A stretch of 64,000 bases of DNA, from assembly GCA_965202585.1 (NCBI GenBank), contig OZ241830.1, positions 32,860,001-32,924,000 of the forward strand, written 5' to 3'. Position 1 is the stretch's first letter. Each line of letters starts with the position of its first letter. The position numbers and the translations under genes are program-made. This document shows, in pieces, positions 33,990 through 46,200 of the stretch. This stretch comes from Thalia democratica (Eukaryota). Under the pieces are notes generated by a model. That model made no database searches. It worked only from the letters and a program-made list of their open reading frames with translations, and had not been told where the DNA came from.

Positions 33990-34520
33990 CGTCAGTCGAG
34001 ATAAGCTCACGGCAACAATGATGAAATACACAATTGCCTCGCGTTGCCAAGCAATTTACTTCGAGTGCATCAGTTGTCATGAGAACGTAAACACCCATCA
34101 CGCCCCATTTGACGCCTCAATCACCCAACAGCGAGTCCGGGCGATTCGAAATATTTCGGCATTAAAGTTTATCTCAACATCCACTTGAGTTGCCGTAGCA
34201 ACCGAGCAATTACCGCTTCTCAGACGGGGCCGCCGCTCTCCAAGGCGCCCAGATTAGTTCCGGACACTTGAACCCGGCCTTTTATCGCCGAGATCAGCCC
34301 GCCCTGCGTCGCCAATAGCAACGCGAAGAAAAAAAAGCAAATATTTTGTTGCTAGGGAGCTGCTACTGCTTCTGGTGAACGTTCGTGTTTGCTTTCGTAA
34401 TTATAACGAACGATCGTTAAAGAGCTGCTCGCCAGTTTCCCATGACAACCGAGCAAGTTGGCATGGTTACAATGATGCGCCACTGTTGCCATGGCAACCA
34501 CCACTGCAGGTAGCAGCGGC
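33990..34520. promoter_or_regulatory. Homotypic cluster of RFX X-box motifs
   Basis: Exact GTNRCC-N(0-3)-RGYAAC matches at 34189-34202, 34308-34322 and 34485-34498 (perfect palindrome GTTGCCATGGCAAC). Near matches at 34043, 34348, 34435 and 34457. Confidence 0.75.
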
Positions 34521-35309
34521 GTCGGCAGGTTGGGCAATAAAAGCTGATGATGTTAATTACACGGCAGACTGGCATCATATGTATTATGATGATTAATTGC
34601 CGGTTGAAACGTTCGAATTTGGAAAAAACTGAGGTTAATTTGAATATATTTCAGCAAAAACAAATTATTGTTCATTTCTTTTTTAATGTTAACTTTATTG
34701 ATATTGTTTAATTTTATTGCTTTTTAATGACTGAAGTGTGTATTAAAATTGTTGTTCTAGCTATGCAATTTTAACTAAGCCTTGTTGGCTTTAGGCTTTT
34801 AAACAATTAAATTTATGTTATACGCAATTTAAATAACTTAATTTTCAAAATTTCACACATTTGCCTGACAAATCAAAATATTTAAACACCTTTTAACACT
34901 TTCTTAAGCAAATTAGACTTAACATTAGCAGCCGTTTCAAAGGCGTCACGTACAATAGAAAGAACCCGAGAGAGCAAATACCTTTCACACACATGGACAA
35001 CAATTGAAAATCAAACACTTTTGTCTGTTTTGCACAAAATTGTTGTGGGAGAAAGCTTCAATGGAGGGCTGGGCCCTGTAAGCACTGTGCAAACTTTGCA
35101 AAGTCGTGGGCATAAAAGGGCTATTAAACGTGCTTTTTCGTACTTTTTTTACTTTTGTGTGTGGAGAGTTTTCGTTTCTGTATGTTTTAAACTTGGATTA
35201 GCGGCCGATTTGTTGTTTGTTGACCTTTTCATACGGGGACGTTGGTTCTTGGGCCCGTTGTTATGGTGACGTTTTAATGGACGCGGGACGTCAGCGGTGG
35301 GCCCTTTGA

Positions 35310-35950
35310 TTGTTTTGTTGCCATGGTGGCAGCGAACGATGGGGCTTATATTGTGTCGCTTCACAAAAGCATTTGATTTATAATGTAAAAAAAATGTTTT
35401 ATGAAGCTCTATTTTTTCTAGAGAAAATTAATAATGGTTTTTATAGAAACAATTGTTGCGTTTTGACTCTAAAGAAAAGTTTATTCAAAGTTCAAAGCTT
35501 CTGGGAAATTTTCGAAGCCAATTTTTTTTTAGGTTCAAAGCAAACATCAGTACTCGTATTACTTTTTATTTTATAAAAGCTTAAAGTTGTTTACCTTTTT
35601 TACATTAAAAAGTCAAACTTTTAAACTTTAAAGCAAAATGACTTACTTCCATTCGGTACGTTTTGATACTTTAAATTATCAAAGACTCTAACAACGCATC
35701 AATAAGAGTTCAAAACTTTTAGCTTTAAAAAGGAAACATTTTATATTCATAAAAGCTTTTCAAGCGTGGGAAACAGTTCAACGCAGGAGGTATGAATTTT
35801 TCGCAAAAAATAAATGGAGACAAAAAGCGAAAATAGTTTTGTGTCGCCATGACAGCGGTTTTGGCGTCGTGATTGACAGCTGCTAGTTGCTAGGGAGTTC
35901 GGATGTCGGGAGTCTCTGACGCCCATGTGAGTTGCCAAGGCGAGAGAATT
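35310..35950. promoter_or_regulatory. Second group of X-box-like motifs in GC-richer islands
   Basis: GTTGCCATGGTGGC 35317, GTCGCCATGACAGC 35843, GTTGCTAGGGAG 35886, GTTGCCAAGGCG 35931. Confidence 0.5.
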
Positions 35951-38759
35951 CGTTGTTAGGTGATAAAAAACACCTTAAAAAAAAGTGTACATATTTAAGA
36001 ATTACATGACAATTTAGTTGACTAAAAATGCACGCCTAGTAGTTATTGGTGTTTATTGACTTAATCTATTGAATTGTATTTATTACTTTGATTATATTTC
36101 TTAGTGTGTGGTACTGAATCAAAATTACAGATTTATACATTTAGTTTTACAGCTGTTAATTATATCTATATACATATATCTTATTGAAAGTTGTGCGCAG
36201 ATTTTAAAAGGTAAATGTTTGTTTTTTTAGTGATTTATTTATTTGTCAGCCAGTAAAATACTATAAATAAGTTTAGGTTTTAATTCTCAATAGTGACTAT
36301 CGTGAGTTAAGTAGAATTACATTTCAGCAAAACAAACTTTTATTGCTTAGGAGAAAATGACTTTATTACGATGAAAGTGTTTACCTTTGAAATTAGCTTT
36401 AGAAAGTTTGATGAACTGCTAATTCATTTACAACGTCATAAACGATTTTTTTGTTTTATTTTAAGAAATTTTTTAAAGATTTTTTGTTGTTTGTTTGTAT
36501 ATAAAATTTAGCCGGCTTATTGAATTCGCTCAAAACCTTTGGTTTGTCTATCAAATTAAACTCAGAAGCAATCCAAGAAAACTATGAGAAAAGTAAAATG
36601 TGCATAACAAATTACCTTTAATTACCTTGATTATTTTATTTTTACGTAATCCTTTTTAAAACGAAAAAAAAGGCGTACACAGTACATTACCTAAAATAAA
36701 ATTTCTTATCAGCTAGTTTCCATTACCAACATACATCGCAAAAATAATGGCCAGCAGAAACTACAATATCATGTCGTTGTAGTAACTCGGTTGATATTTC
36801 AAAACACTTTTTATCGGCAAGTGTTTTCACAAACTTTGTTTGCCGTTGAATTTGTTTTCTTCAAGTGTTGCATTGTTGTTATTGCGTTGAACATTTTCTT
36901 TTGAACCTCAGCACTCGATCATGTTTAGCTTTCTTTGACCCTGTCCGGTTTAAATACATAAAAGTCACTTTCAACGACAAAGTTTTTTAAAACGGATATT
37001 TTTTGTGAAAGATTACAGTATAGCAGTTTAGTTAGGCATGACTTGGCTTATAAAGATAAAGATTTACTTACAGCAAAGGTTAAATCTAGTCGTAGTACTT
37101 TTTTGAAATTTTTTTTAATATAGGAAAGTAAGCAGAAAATGAGTGTTTTACGTATAATTTAGATTAAAAAAGATAATATTTTAAGTAAAAAAAGTTAAGT
37201 ATTTTTACGAAACTATTGTACAAAATTTAAAATAAAATAAAAAAATAGTTTTAATATTCATCATGTTAAAATTAATTAATTTAGTAGTCTACATATTAAA
37301 CTGAAAATATTACATGACTATAGATAACAAAATATAAAATATATTCATGAAGTCCTTCGTTTATTGATTTAAAATATACCAAAATTTACTTGAAGGCACA
37401 GCATTAAAATAACACAATTTTCAAAAACCGAAAGTCTAGGTCGTAACTACATTCAAAAAATTAAACAACGTTTTATTAACTTTCTCCAAGTATTCAGTGT
37501 CTTAAACGAAAAAGACTCGAATTTGTTTGAATAAAGCTTCGACGCTTTGTCGGTAAACATAAAAGTCGCACAAAGCTCACACGAAAAACTCGCTCGAGAT
37601 TTGCAATCAAAACAAAGCGGGCAGCATAACACAATCCCCCCCCACAACATCACAGCAGAAAGACGGATAGAAGTTATGGGGCATGCGACGGGTTAGTTGG
37701 TCGATCAGTCTGCATTTGCGATGATTTATGTCCGCCGGTGTCAGCACTAATGGACTTTATGCTACCGTAGATAAAAACTAGTTTCTGTTACGTCATTGTT
37801 TGTTTTCGCTGTTTTTTTCTTTGTACCAGGGTGAATATTTTTACAGTTTTTTTTTCATTTGGATTCGACGTGTGAGGTTTCGATTTATTAAGAACAGTTT
37901 AAAATGGTAGGTATTAAACTGTTTTTTGTAAAAACACGACAATAGTTTTTAGTTTTTTTATTATTTTATAATTAAATATTTATTATTAAAAAACAAAGTA
38001 TAAAGATTAAACTAAAAAAAGGTTTAAATAAAACTGTTTTATTAAACCATGTATTTGGGTTCAGCAAAGTTCATAAAAGCGTTTTATGTGTTTAGCTCAG
38101 TTTTCGTTAATAGTGTGTTTCAAGTTTATAAATATATTTTACGGCACAATGCAGTAAGTACAAAAAGGTTGCTTTAATGTTTTTATACGTTTGATAACAA
38201 CAATAGAGGTTATACATAGTATTTAAATTAGCAATGCAGAAAGTTTATTAATGGTTTTAAATCAATTAGATTTTAACTAGATTTGGTTGGCTTAACATTA
38301 GTTATTTTCAAAAGTTATACAATTATTTTCTCATAAGTTATATTTCTTAATACATCAGTTACTTGTAAATAAATTGGAATGGTTAAAAAATATAAAAAGA
38401 TATGAATTTTAATTAGCTAAATTTAAACATTTGTACAGTCAAACACGCAACTAATTGCGAAAACATTTTGTTTAGCCGACCTTATTAGTTTACTAAAACA
38501 AATTTAAATGTTTCAAATTATACAAGCTAAGTTTTAGATAAACTTATTAAAGCATATACCGTTGAGTTTTTGCCAGTTTTTAATCTATCCTGAAAATAAG
38601 TTATGATCAAACATATTTGATCCATTTTTACATTGTGAAAAAATATATTCATGTTCTAAATTTTAGGAATAAATCTATACTTGTTCTAAATATAGACAAT
38701 TTTTGTTCTTAAAAACTCTTAAAACAAAATAGCATACTAAGTGTTTAATAAATATTTAG

Positions 38760-39370
38760 CAGGTAGAGCTATCGAAGCTCTTTTTTATTATTTCAAACGA
38801 GCCCCGGTTTGTCTACCGAATGCTCGTCTTTTTCAAGTCGAAAGTGTAAACAAAAGCGCAGACACAAGAGAAGGCACGCACCTACAAAGAAAACATCACA
38901 AAAAGAAAACATCAAGAAGGCAATTAAACGTGTTGCGTTCAAAAGTCGGCGTACGTTTCAACGCTCGTCAGCACGTGATTGAGTGATTAGCACGTATCGC
39001 ATCAAGACCAAACACTCACACACGAGCAGGAAGCTTTTCCATACGTTTTCGGTCAGTCGCTCGTGTTTGCTGCGAGCAAATAAACCAAAAGCGGCACCCC
39101 AAAAATAAAGCAGTCTTATCTTGTATGTTGAAGAGGCTGCTAAAGTTAATGATCAATTTCAAATTAGCTCGTAAAAACTTGTGTGGCGATGCTCGAACTT
39201 TGTTTAACTCAACGTGCGATGGACGAGCGCAGTGTTATGATAGTAGTAGCCCAACATGTTTGTTCTCGGATTTTCTTATTTGTTTTGCTTGTCTTTGAAC
39301 ACAATGTGCCTCGCTCGTCGCAGCTTCATTTTATTTTGGTTTTGAAACTGTTTTAAGTTGGTTTGTTTTT
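38760..39370 (+). promoter_or_regulatory. Candidate proximal promoter / non-coding first exon of the BMP gene
   Basis: GC-richer island about 1 kb upstream of the BMP ATG with a CACGTG E-box. The ATG exon starts at an acceptor (caacag| at 40252/40253), which requires an upstream exon or trans-splicing. Inference. Confidence 0.35.
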
Positions 39371-40266
39371 TGTAAGGTTGCGTTTAGTCGAGTATAAAAT
39401 TATAATTTTTTTTTACTTAAATTCATACTTTGTAACTAGATTATTAATACGCTTGCTTTACATTTGACTATTTGTGTTGTTAGTTTTGAGAAAATTTGCA
39501 AAACTTGGTTAAGTTTGTTTATGACAAAAAAGCTGTTTATGTATTGTTGCTTTTCTTAAGACTATAATAGGTTCTTTTTGTATTAAAATTTCACTAAAAA
39601 GACTACTTACATAGAATAGTAATATATTTATGAAGAATACGATGTTTGCTTATTTAATGAATTAAACTTTTAATCGTAAACTTCAGTACAAGAAAAAATG
39701 TCAAACAGACTTCTACAACTTTATAGTCTTGTAAATCATTAATCAAAAATATAGTTGTAACAATTGTTGTAAGTAAAATACGTCAAGCACAATAAAAAAA
39801 TGATGTTTTTAAAAAAATATAAAGTATCACAACTTTTAAATAATTTATTTTATATTATATTTATCTGTCAAATAAAATTACTTCAAAAACATAAAGAATT
39901 AGATTTTTAAGTGTGTAAAACCTATGTTTAACACTTTTTTTTTCGAAAATTCAAAGCAAAAAATTAAATACTCCTGTATAAAAACAATTTAAAATACATA
40001 GAAAATTTATTATCAAAAGCATTTTAAATTTAATGTTTTATTTAATTGCACAATTAAAGTATTTTAAACTTTAATGCGACAAAACTTGTTTTTGAAAAAT
40101 ATTATTGTTATGTAAATTTCAAGAACAAAAATGTTTCTTTTTATTATTAATTTTTAACCAAACTGTTAATTAAAAGTGTAATAAATACTGTTTAATTTTA
40201 ACAAAGTACTTTTTACCAACTTTCATTTAAACTTAAAACATTTATACAACAGAACTTTTTATAAAA

Positions 40267-43200
40267 ATGTTAATAAGCGCACTCCTCCTTCTGACAACCC
40301 TCCAACTCACCTCCTCACTCAGCTCGCGGAGGGTCTCATCATCGCACGAGGGTTGCGACAGCGCGCGTCCCAGGGAGTGCACGGTGACGGGGGTGAAGCA
40401 CGAGATACTGGCCATGCTCGGGAGGGAGGACCGACCGCGACCCATATGGCACCACGGGAGGACGAACAGCAGCAGGATGGAATCAGGTTTCAGCAGGAAG
40501 GTGGGATGAGATTTTTGTATAGCATTTATTTTATTTTTAATTTTATTGTAAGTACTTTAATTTACTTTTAGGAACTAATTCTTTGCATTTGTTTTTTTAT
40601 CTCTTTTTTATTTTTTGTTAATTACTCTAGAATAACTTTTTTTATAGTTGCATTAGGTAGAGGGGTTAAAAATTATTGTTGATTGTAACTTTTTTGGTAT
40701 ATAAATGCTTTTGTGAAAAGTTTAAATCTTTTTTTTATATATAAATAGACTCATATTTTAATAAAAAGTATTCAGTTCTTTTAAAATAAAAGGTACATGT
40801 TTTAAGGCTTCAAGTTTCCAGTACATGAAGGGGGTGTACGAGCTCAAAGACACTCTGAAGCGTCACGACCAAACAAATTCCCCCAACCAGCAACCCTCCC
40901 CCCTCCAACCCACCACCCAGCCCTCCACGCAACCCCCGACCACGGGAATTCCCCCGTACCGAGGCAGGTTCGGCAAGGTGTTCGACGTGGGCGAGGACGA
41001 GCTGCGGTTGGTGGAGAGCAGCAACGAGATCATCAGCTTCCAATCACTAAAGAAGAAGATCCATCAGAGTCAGTTTGCTTTCATGTAGCTAATTTGTACT
41101 TTTACATATTTATACGGATTACTAACGGTTTAAACGTTTAGGCTTGGTGTAAACTAAGTTTTGGATTAAAAATTGGCAAAACTTACTAAAAGTGTAGAAA
41201 CTTATAATCTATAGATGAATTTAAAACTTATTCAAAATTACAATTTATTAAAAAACAGTTAAACAGCCTTTTAGTATAAGAATGATTTTATATTTTGACA
41301 TTCATAAGTTTGAGAGTTCGAAATTCTTATTTTTTGCAAAACTTCAAAGAAATTTAATTTTTAATACAAAACAACTTATATTTCGTTATACATTTAAACA
41401 AACAAAATTTATATACTAAGTAGAAATCATGCAAGGCTTCATTTATCGAAAGTGTATCTCGTCATATTTGCATGTTTACAAAAAAGGTTTAACCATACGG
41501 TTTTATAAAATCTTTGAAAGATTGATTGATGAAAAATTATATTTTATTTTTCTTGTTAAAACAACTGATACGACATTTTTAACATAAGATTAGGTTGTTT
41601 TAACTGTTGTAAACACGTTAGTTACTAGCATAAGTTTTTTTTCAAGAATATTACGTACTAATGTAACAACTTTTTTAAACTTTAAACATAAAGTTTTAAA
41701 GACTTTACAACATCGCTACAAATATAACATTTTATACAATTTTGCAAAATGTTACACTAAAAAAAGCGTAATTTGAAACATTTAAGTGTGATTTTAAAAT
41801 TGGAAAATGTTTATTTTTGTAAACGTTTTTAATCTTATTAGTAGTAATATTCCTTAAACTATTCCAGCACAGAAACAGATTAGCTAAGTAAAATTACTTT
41901 TTGTTTTTTAACTTTTTTTGAACTTTTCCAACTTCTAGTATAATTATTTTTTCGATTATACATTTGAAAAAAATGATCGTTTATAAACTTTTTGGTTCAA
42001 TATGTACTATAAGTCAAGGTTAAACTTTTAGATCTGATTTACTAATCACATTAGTTTAAGAAAAAATGCTTATTTGCATTACATTTAACAATTAAGGTGT
42101 TTGTTTTCATGTTGCTATTTAAAAAATTAATAAATTAATTCAATTATATAAAACTTTAAACCGATATATGCAAATTATTAATTTTGAAACTATTTTCATG
42201 TTTAAGTTTTTTAAATGTTGTCGTAACTACATCTTTGAATAAATAACGACATGTTAACTCTGATTATGTTTTATTTTCACCAAAACATTATAATATCATA
42301 TCCATAACAAAATACTGTTTGTTGTGTAGCAATAAAAATACACGACTAAATACGATTTATAAACATAGTTGTTGTGGCTTTGAACAGGTTTTTCTTGTAA
42401 CGAGTGTATTTCGTCTTGCAAACTTTTGTTTACACAATTACTTTAAAGCTAATTTTAGTTTTTAAGTTTGACTTGAATTAATAACGGGTTTTGAAACTTG
42501 TTTTAAGTCACTGTAGAGTAAACATACTGTTTTATGGACGTCTGTTTTTTGCGTTGTTATGTAATGTATTTTAAGTATAAGTTATAATTTTTTTAATATT
42601 TACCAAAAAAAAAATAGTACGTGTTTAATGAGCTTTAATCCAAAAAGTTTTTGATTTAAAAAAAAAACAAATTCAATTATTACTTGCAATTAAACAAGTT
42701 GTAAATTATTAATACTTTATGTTTAAATAAGTAATTGCAACTTAGTTTGATTTACAATGATTCAATATACAGCTTTGTACTTTTGTAACTATGCCAAAAA
42801 TTTTATTAAGTTTATTTTTAAATATCATACAAAAAGTAAATTTAAAATAATGACTTTAAAAACTAAAAGATATTTTAACATTTTAAAATTACTGAAAAGT
42901 AGTATTGGTATTCGATTAAACAAAAATAAGGTCGGCTAATGCATTTTTACACAAAAACTATAAAGTTTACATTTTGAACTTTGTACTTTGTCTTATTTAC
43001 CAGTTTAAATTTAACATAAAGTATTAAAATACAATTATTAAAATACATTTAATAACAAAATAGTTGTAAATACATATAGTTAATATACATATTAATAACG
43101 GTTAAATAAGTTATTTCCTATATAGATTATAAAAATATCTATTTATGACATTAGACAACTATTGCTTACTTTTATACAAAAATAATTAAATGATAACTGC

Positions 43201-46200
43201 GTTTTTTCTTAGCTCACTTCAACAATTTACATCAAAAGTCTTATAAGCTCAAACTAAATATTTCATAATAGGTGTTTGACTTTTTGTTAAAAAACTATTT
43301 TTTGACTCGGAAATAAAATCAACACTATCTTATTACTATAAACAAAAACTCCTGTACCAATACTCTTACTCCTGAGCCCTCAAAACTTACTACCATAACA
43401 CTAACTTGACACTTATATTTCAACAGGAAACTTCCGCATCGACTACTCGTACTTCCAGGTTCACCACTTCATCCTGCAGAGGGTTCAACCTACTAAGGAG
43501 CTGGCAGCAGCAAGGTTCAGGATATACTGCAGGTTGAACAACGAGTTCATCCACAGGTTGAACGGGAGCTTGACTATAAAGGTGTACGACGCATCCATCG
43601 CAAGAATGAGCAAGTATGTTTAGTTGGAGTATCATACTTTTCTATATTTTTATTTATGTAGGATACCGTAATTACAAAATATTAAAACGTGTTGAACTGC
43701 TACTTTTTATTTTCTTATTTTTATTGTAAGGCGCCTCAGCAGCTGAAAAAAAACACTATTTTTAAAAAGTTAAAATGTTATAATATTAAATATTTTATGT
43801 ACTTTTTGAAAGAAGAATTTTTTATTATAGTATGAAAATTTAAAGTAAAGCATATTCATAAATTAATTTAACGTAAGTTCATAGGAAACAAACTCTTATT
43901 CTCATTATAAGTTTTTTTAATGCTTTAATTTAGTTTTAATTAAAAGTATTTTGATTAACTTTGAGATCTCAAGCGTATAATTAATCACTTTTAATTTTTG
44001 TCTATACACTTGAAAACCAAGATAAATTAATTTTTTGCTTTTACTACAATATAAATTACAAATCAGATTACAAAATATTTAAAAGAAAGTCATTTGCTAC
44101 TAAAACAACTTGTAAATATCTTGAAACCAGTGCACGAATGAAAAAAAAAACAAAAACTTGTAAAACATCAATGATCGCCCAAAGTCTGATTTAAAACAAT
44201 TAAGGCAATTGAAACAAAAACAACAAGCGCTCGTTTATGATCTGATCTGAACAGTTTGAACTTGAAACAGTAGCAGTGTTTAAAAGAAGGGGATTAATCG
44301 ATTAAGGAGGGTTAACATGCTTTCACGTAGTCGCATGTCTGCTACCATACATACGGGGGGAAACGCTAATTAGCAAGCAGAAATAAGTATTTTGATATCG
44401 AAACAGTGGCTCAGTTTTTCGGATGATAGAGGGACACATCTTCATTTCGGTTCCCACACCAATAAAAAGCCATTTTTGGCACCGGCACAAAGCAGCGGGC
44501 AGGTCCGGTCTTTTCTTGAAATTTACTGCAGCGAGTAATCGCCAATGTAAACAAGCGAAAGTAAATTGCGGCGGATTAATGAGGCAAATATAAACAGAAT
44601 CGCATTTTAATCCAATAAGACGCGCGGCTCTCATTGGCTGCCGGTTTTAATCCAATCAGGTGAGCCGATGTGTGTTTGTAAGCCGCGAGCTCAGCCGACT
44701 CTACTTGCGATTTTCCTCGTCAAAACTGTCATGCTGAATTTGAAATTAAATGTTAGCCTCATCTGTGTTAAGCTGATCTGGATTAATAAAAAATTACATA
44801 AAATTTCCTATCTCGTTGAAACTAAGCGTTTTACTCAAGAACAAAATAAACAATAAAAATTAATTAGTAACGTCGGTCTGAATATTTTTTTAATATTAGT
44901 AGTCGTACATTTTTAAATAAAACTCTATGTAAATATTGTTATCATAAAAAAGTTAAATTATAGAACTGTTTCAGTTCTTAAGTTAAACAAATTGAAACTT
45001 TAATTGTCTATTATAGCTTTTTATTTTATTTTAAAAAGTAGGAAAAATAATATATTAACAGTTTCTTTGAACTTTAACAGTTTAATATAACTATTTAACT
45101 GTTGCTACTATAGGCACTAATCTATTATTCTTTAACAAAAAAAAGGTTACTGTAACAAAATTAATTAAAATATTTTCTAAAAAACAACCAAATAAAAATA
45201 TTTAGCAGCTGTAAAACAACTGTAACTTGGGCATTTAAGCTAAATTACTATTTTATGTTTATAACTTAATTTTCACACAGGGAAGATAGGTCGAGGGCGC
45301 AACCACTGGACGCGAAGAAGCTGACCAACCACAAGAAAGGGTGGACAATGTTCGACGTATCAAGATCACTCAACCAGTGGATGGAAAAGAGGAGGGGGAG
45401 GCTGGCCAGGAGCCAGGTCGCCGGTCCAGCAGGAATATTCACCCTGTTCGTCTCAGTTGAAGACGATAAAGGTGAGAAGGTTTTAATAAGGAGTTTTCCT
45501 TTTTTTTATGAACTTGTTCAATGGTGTGTTAGTCAAAGTACTGTATGAGTTAATAACAGGTTAATTACTAAAATTAACTATATCATAAATTCGAAGATAT
45601 ATATTGTTGGTATATATTTTTTGTTTTGATATATATATATAAAGGTTTATTTAAAGATGCAAAACTCAAAGGACTCGAGTTTCGTGACTATTCACTCATC
45701 AGCTTCAAAACAAGTTTAAAATAAAGCACAAAACAAAATCACTAATGAAAGTTAAAAATTTTTTGCATAAATATATTATGACGTAATTTTGAAAGTATCG
45801 AAAATTCATTAGTGATTTTGTTTTGTGCTTTATTTTAAACTTGTTTTGAAGCTGATGAGTGAATAGTCACGAAACTCGAGTCCTTTGAGTTTTGCATCTT
45901 TAAATAAACCTTTTTAATAATAAAGCCCTCAAGGTGGACTCAGTGTGAAAAATTTAATTTATTAAGTTAAATAACTTAATTCTATATATATATATAAATA
46001 TATATTGTTGAATAAATATTGAAACTGTAATACTTTTATTACTTATAATACTAATGAAACTGTAGTTCTTTTTTCATAACTAAAAATGTTGTGTTTTTTT
46101 AAGTAGTTTAACTAAATGCAGCTTTTAGCAGTAAACTAAAACTTTTTAAACAGTTAAACAAATTTTTTACCTTTGTTTCTAAGTAAATGATGCCTTACTT

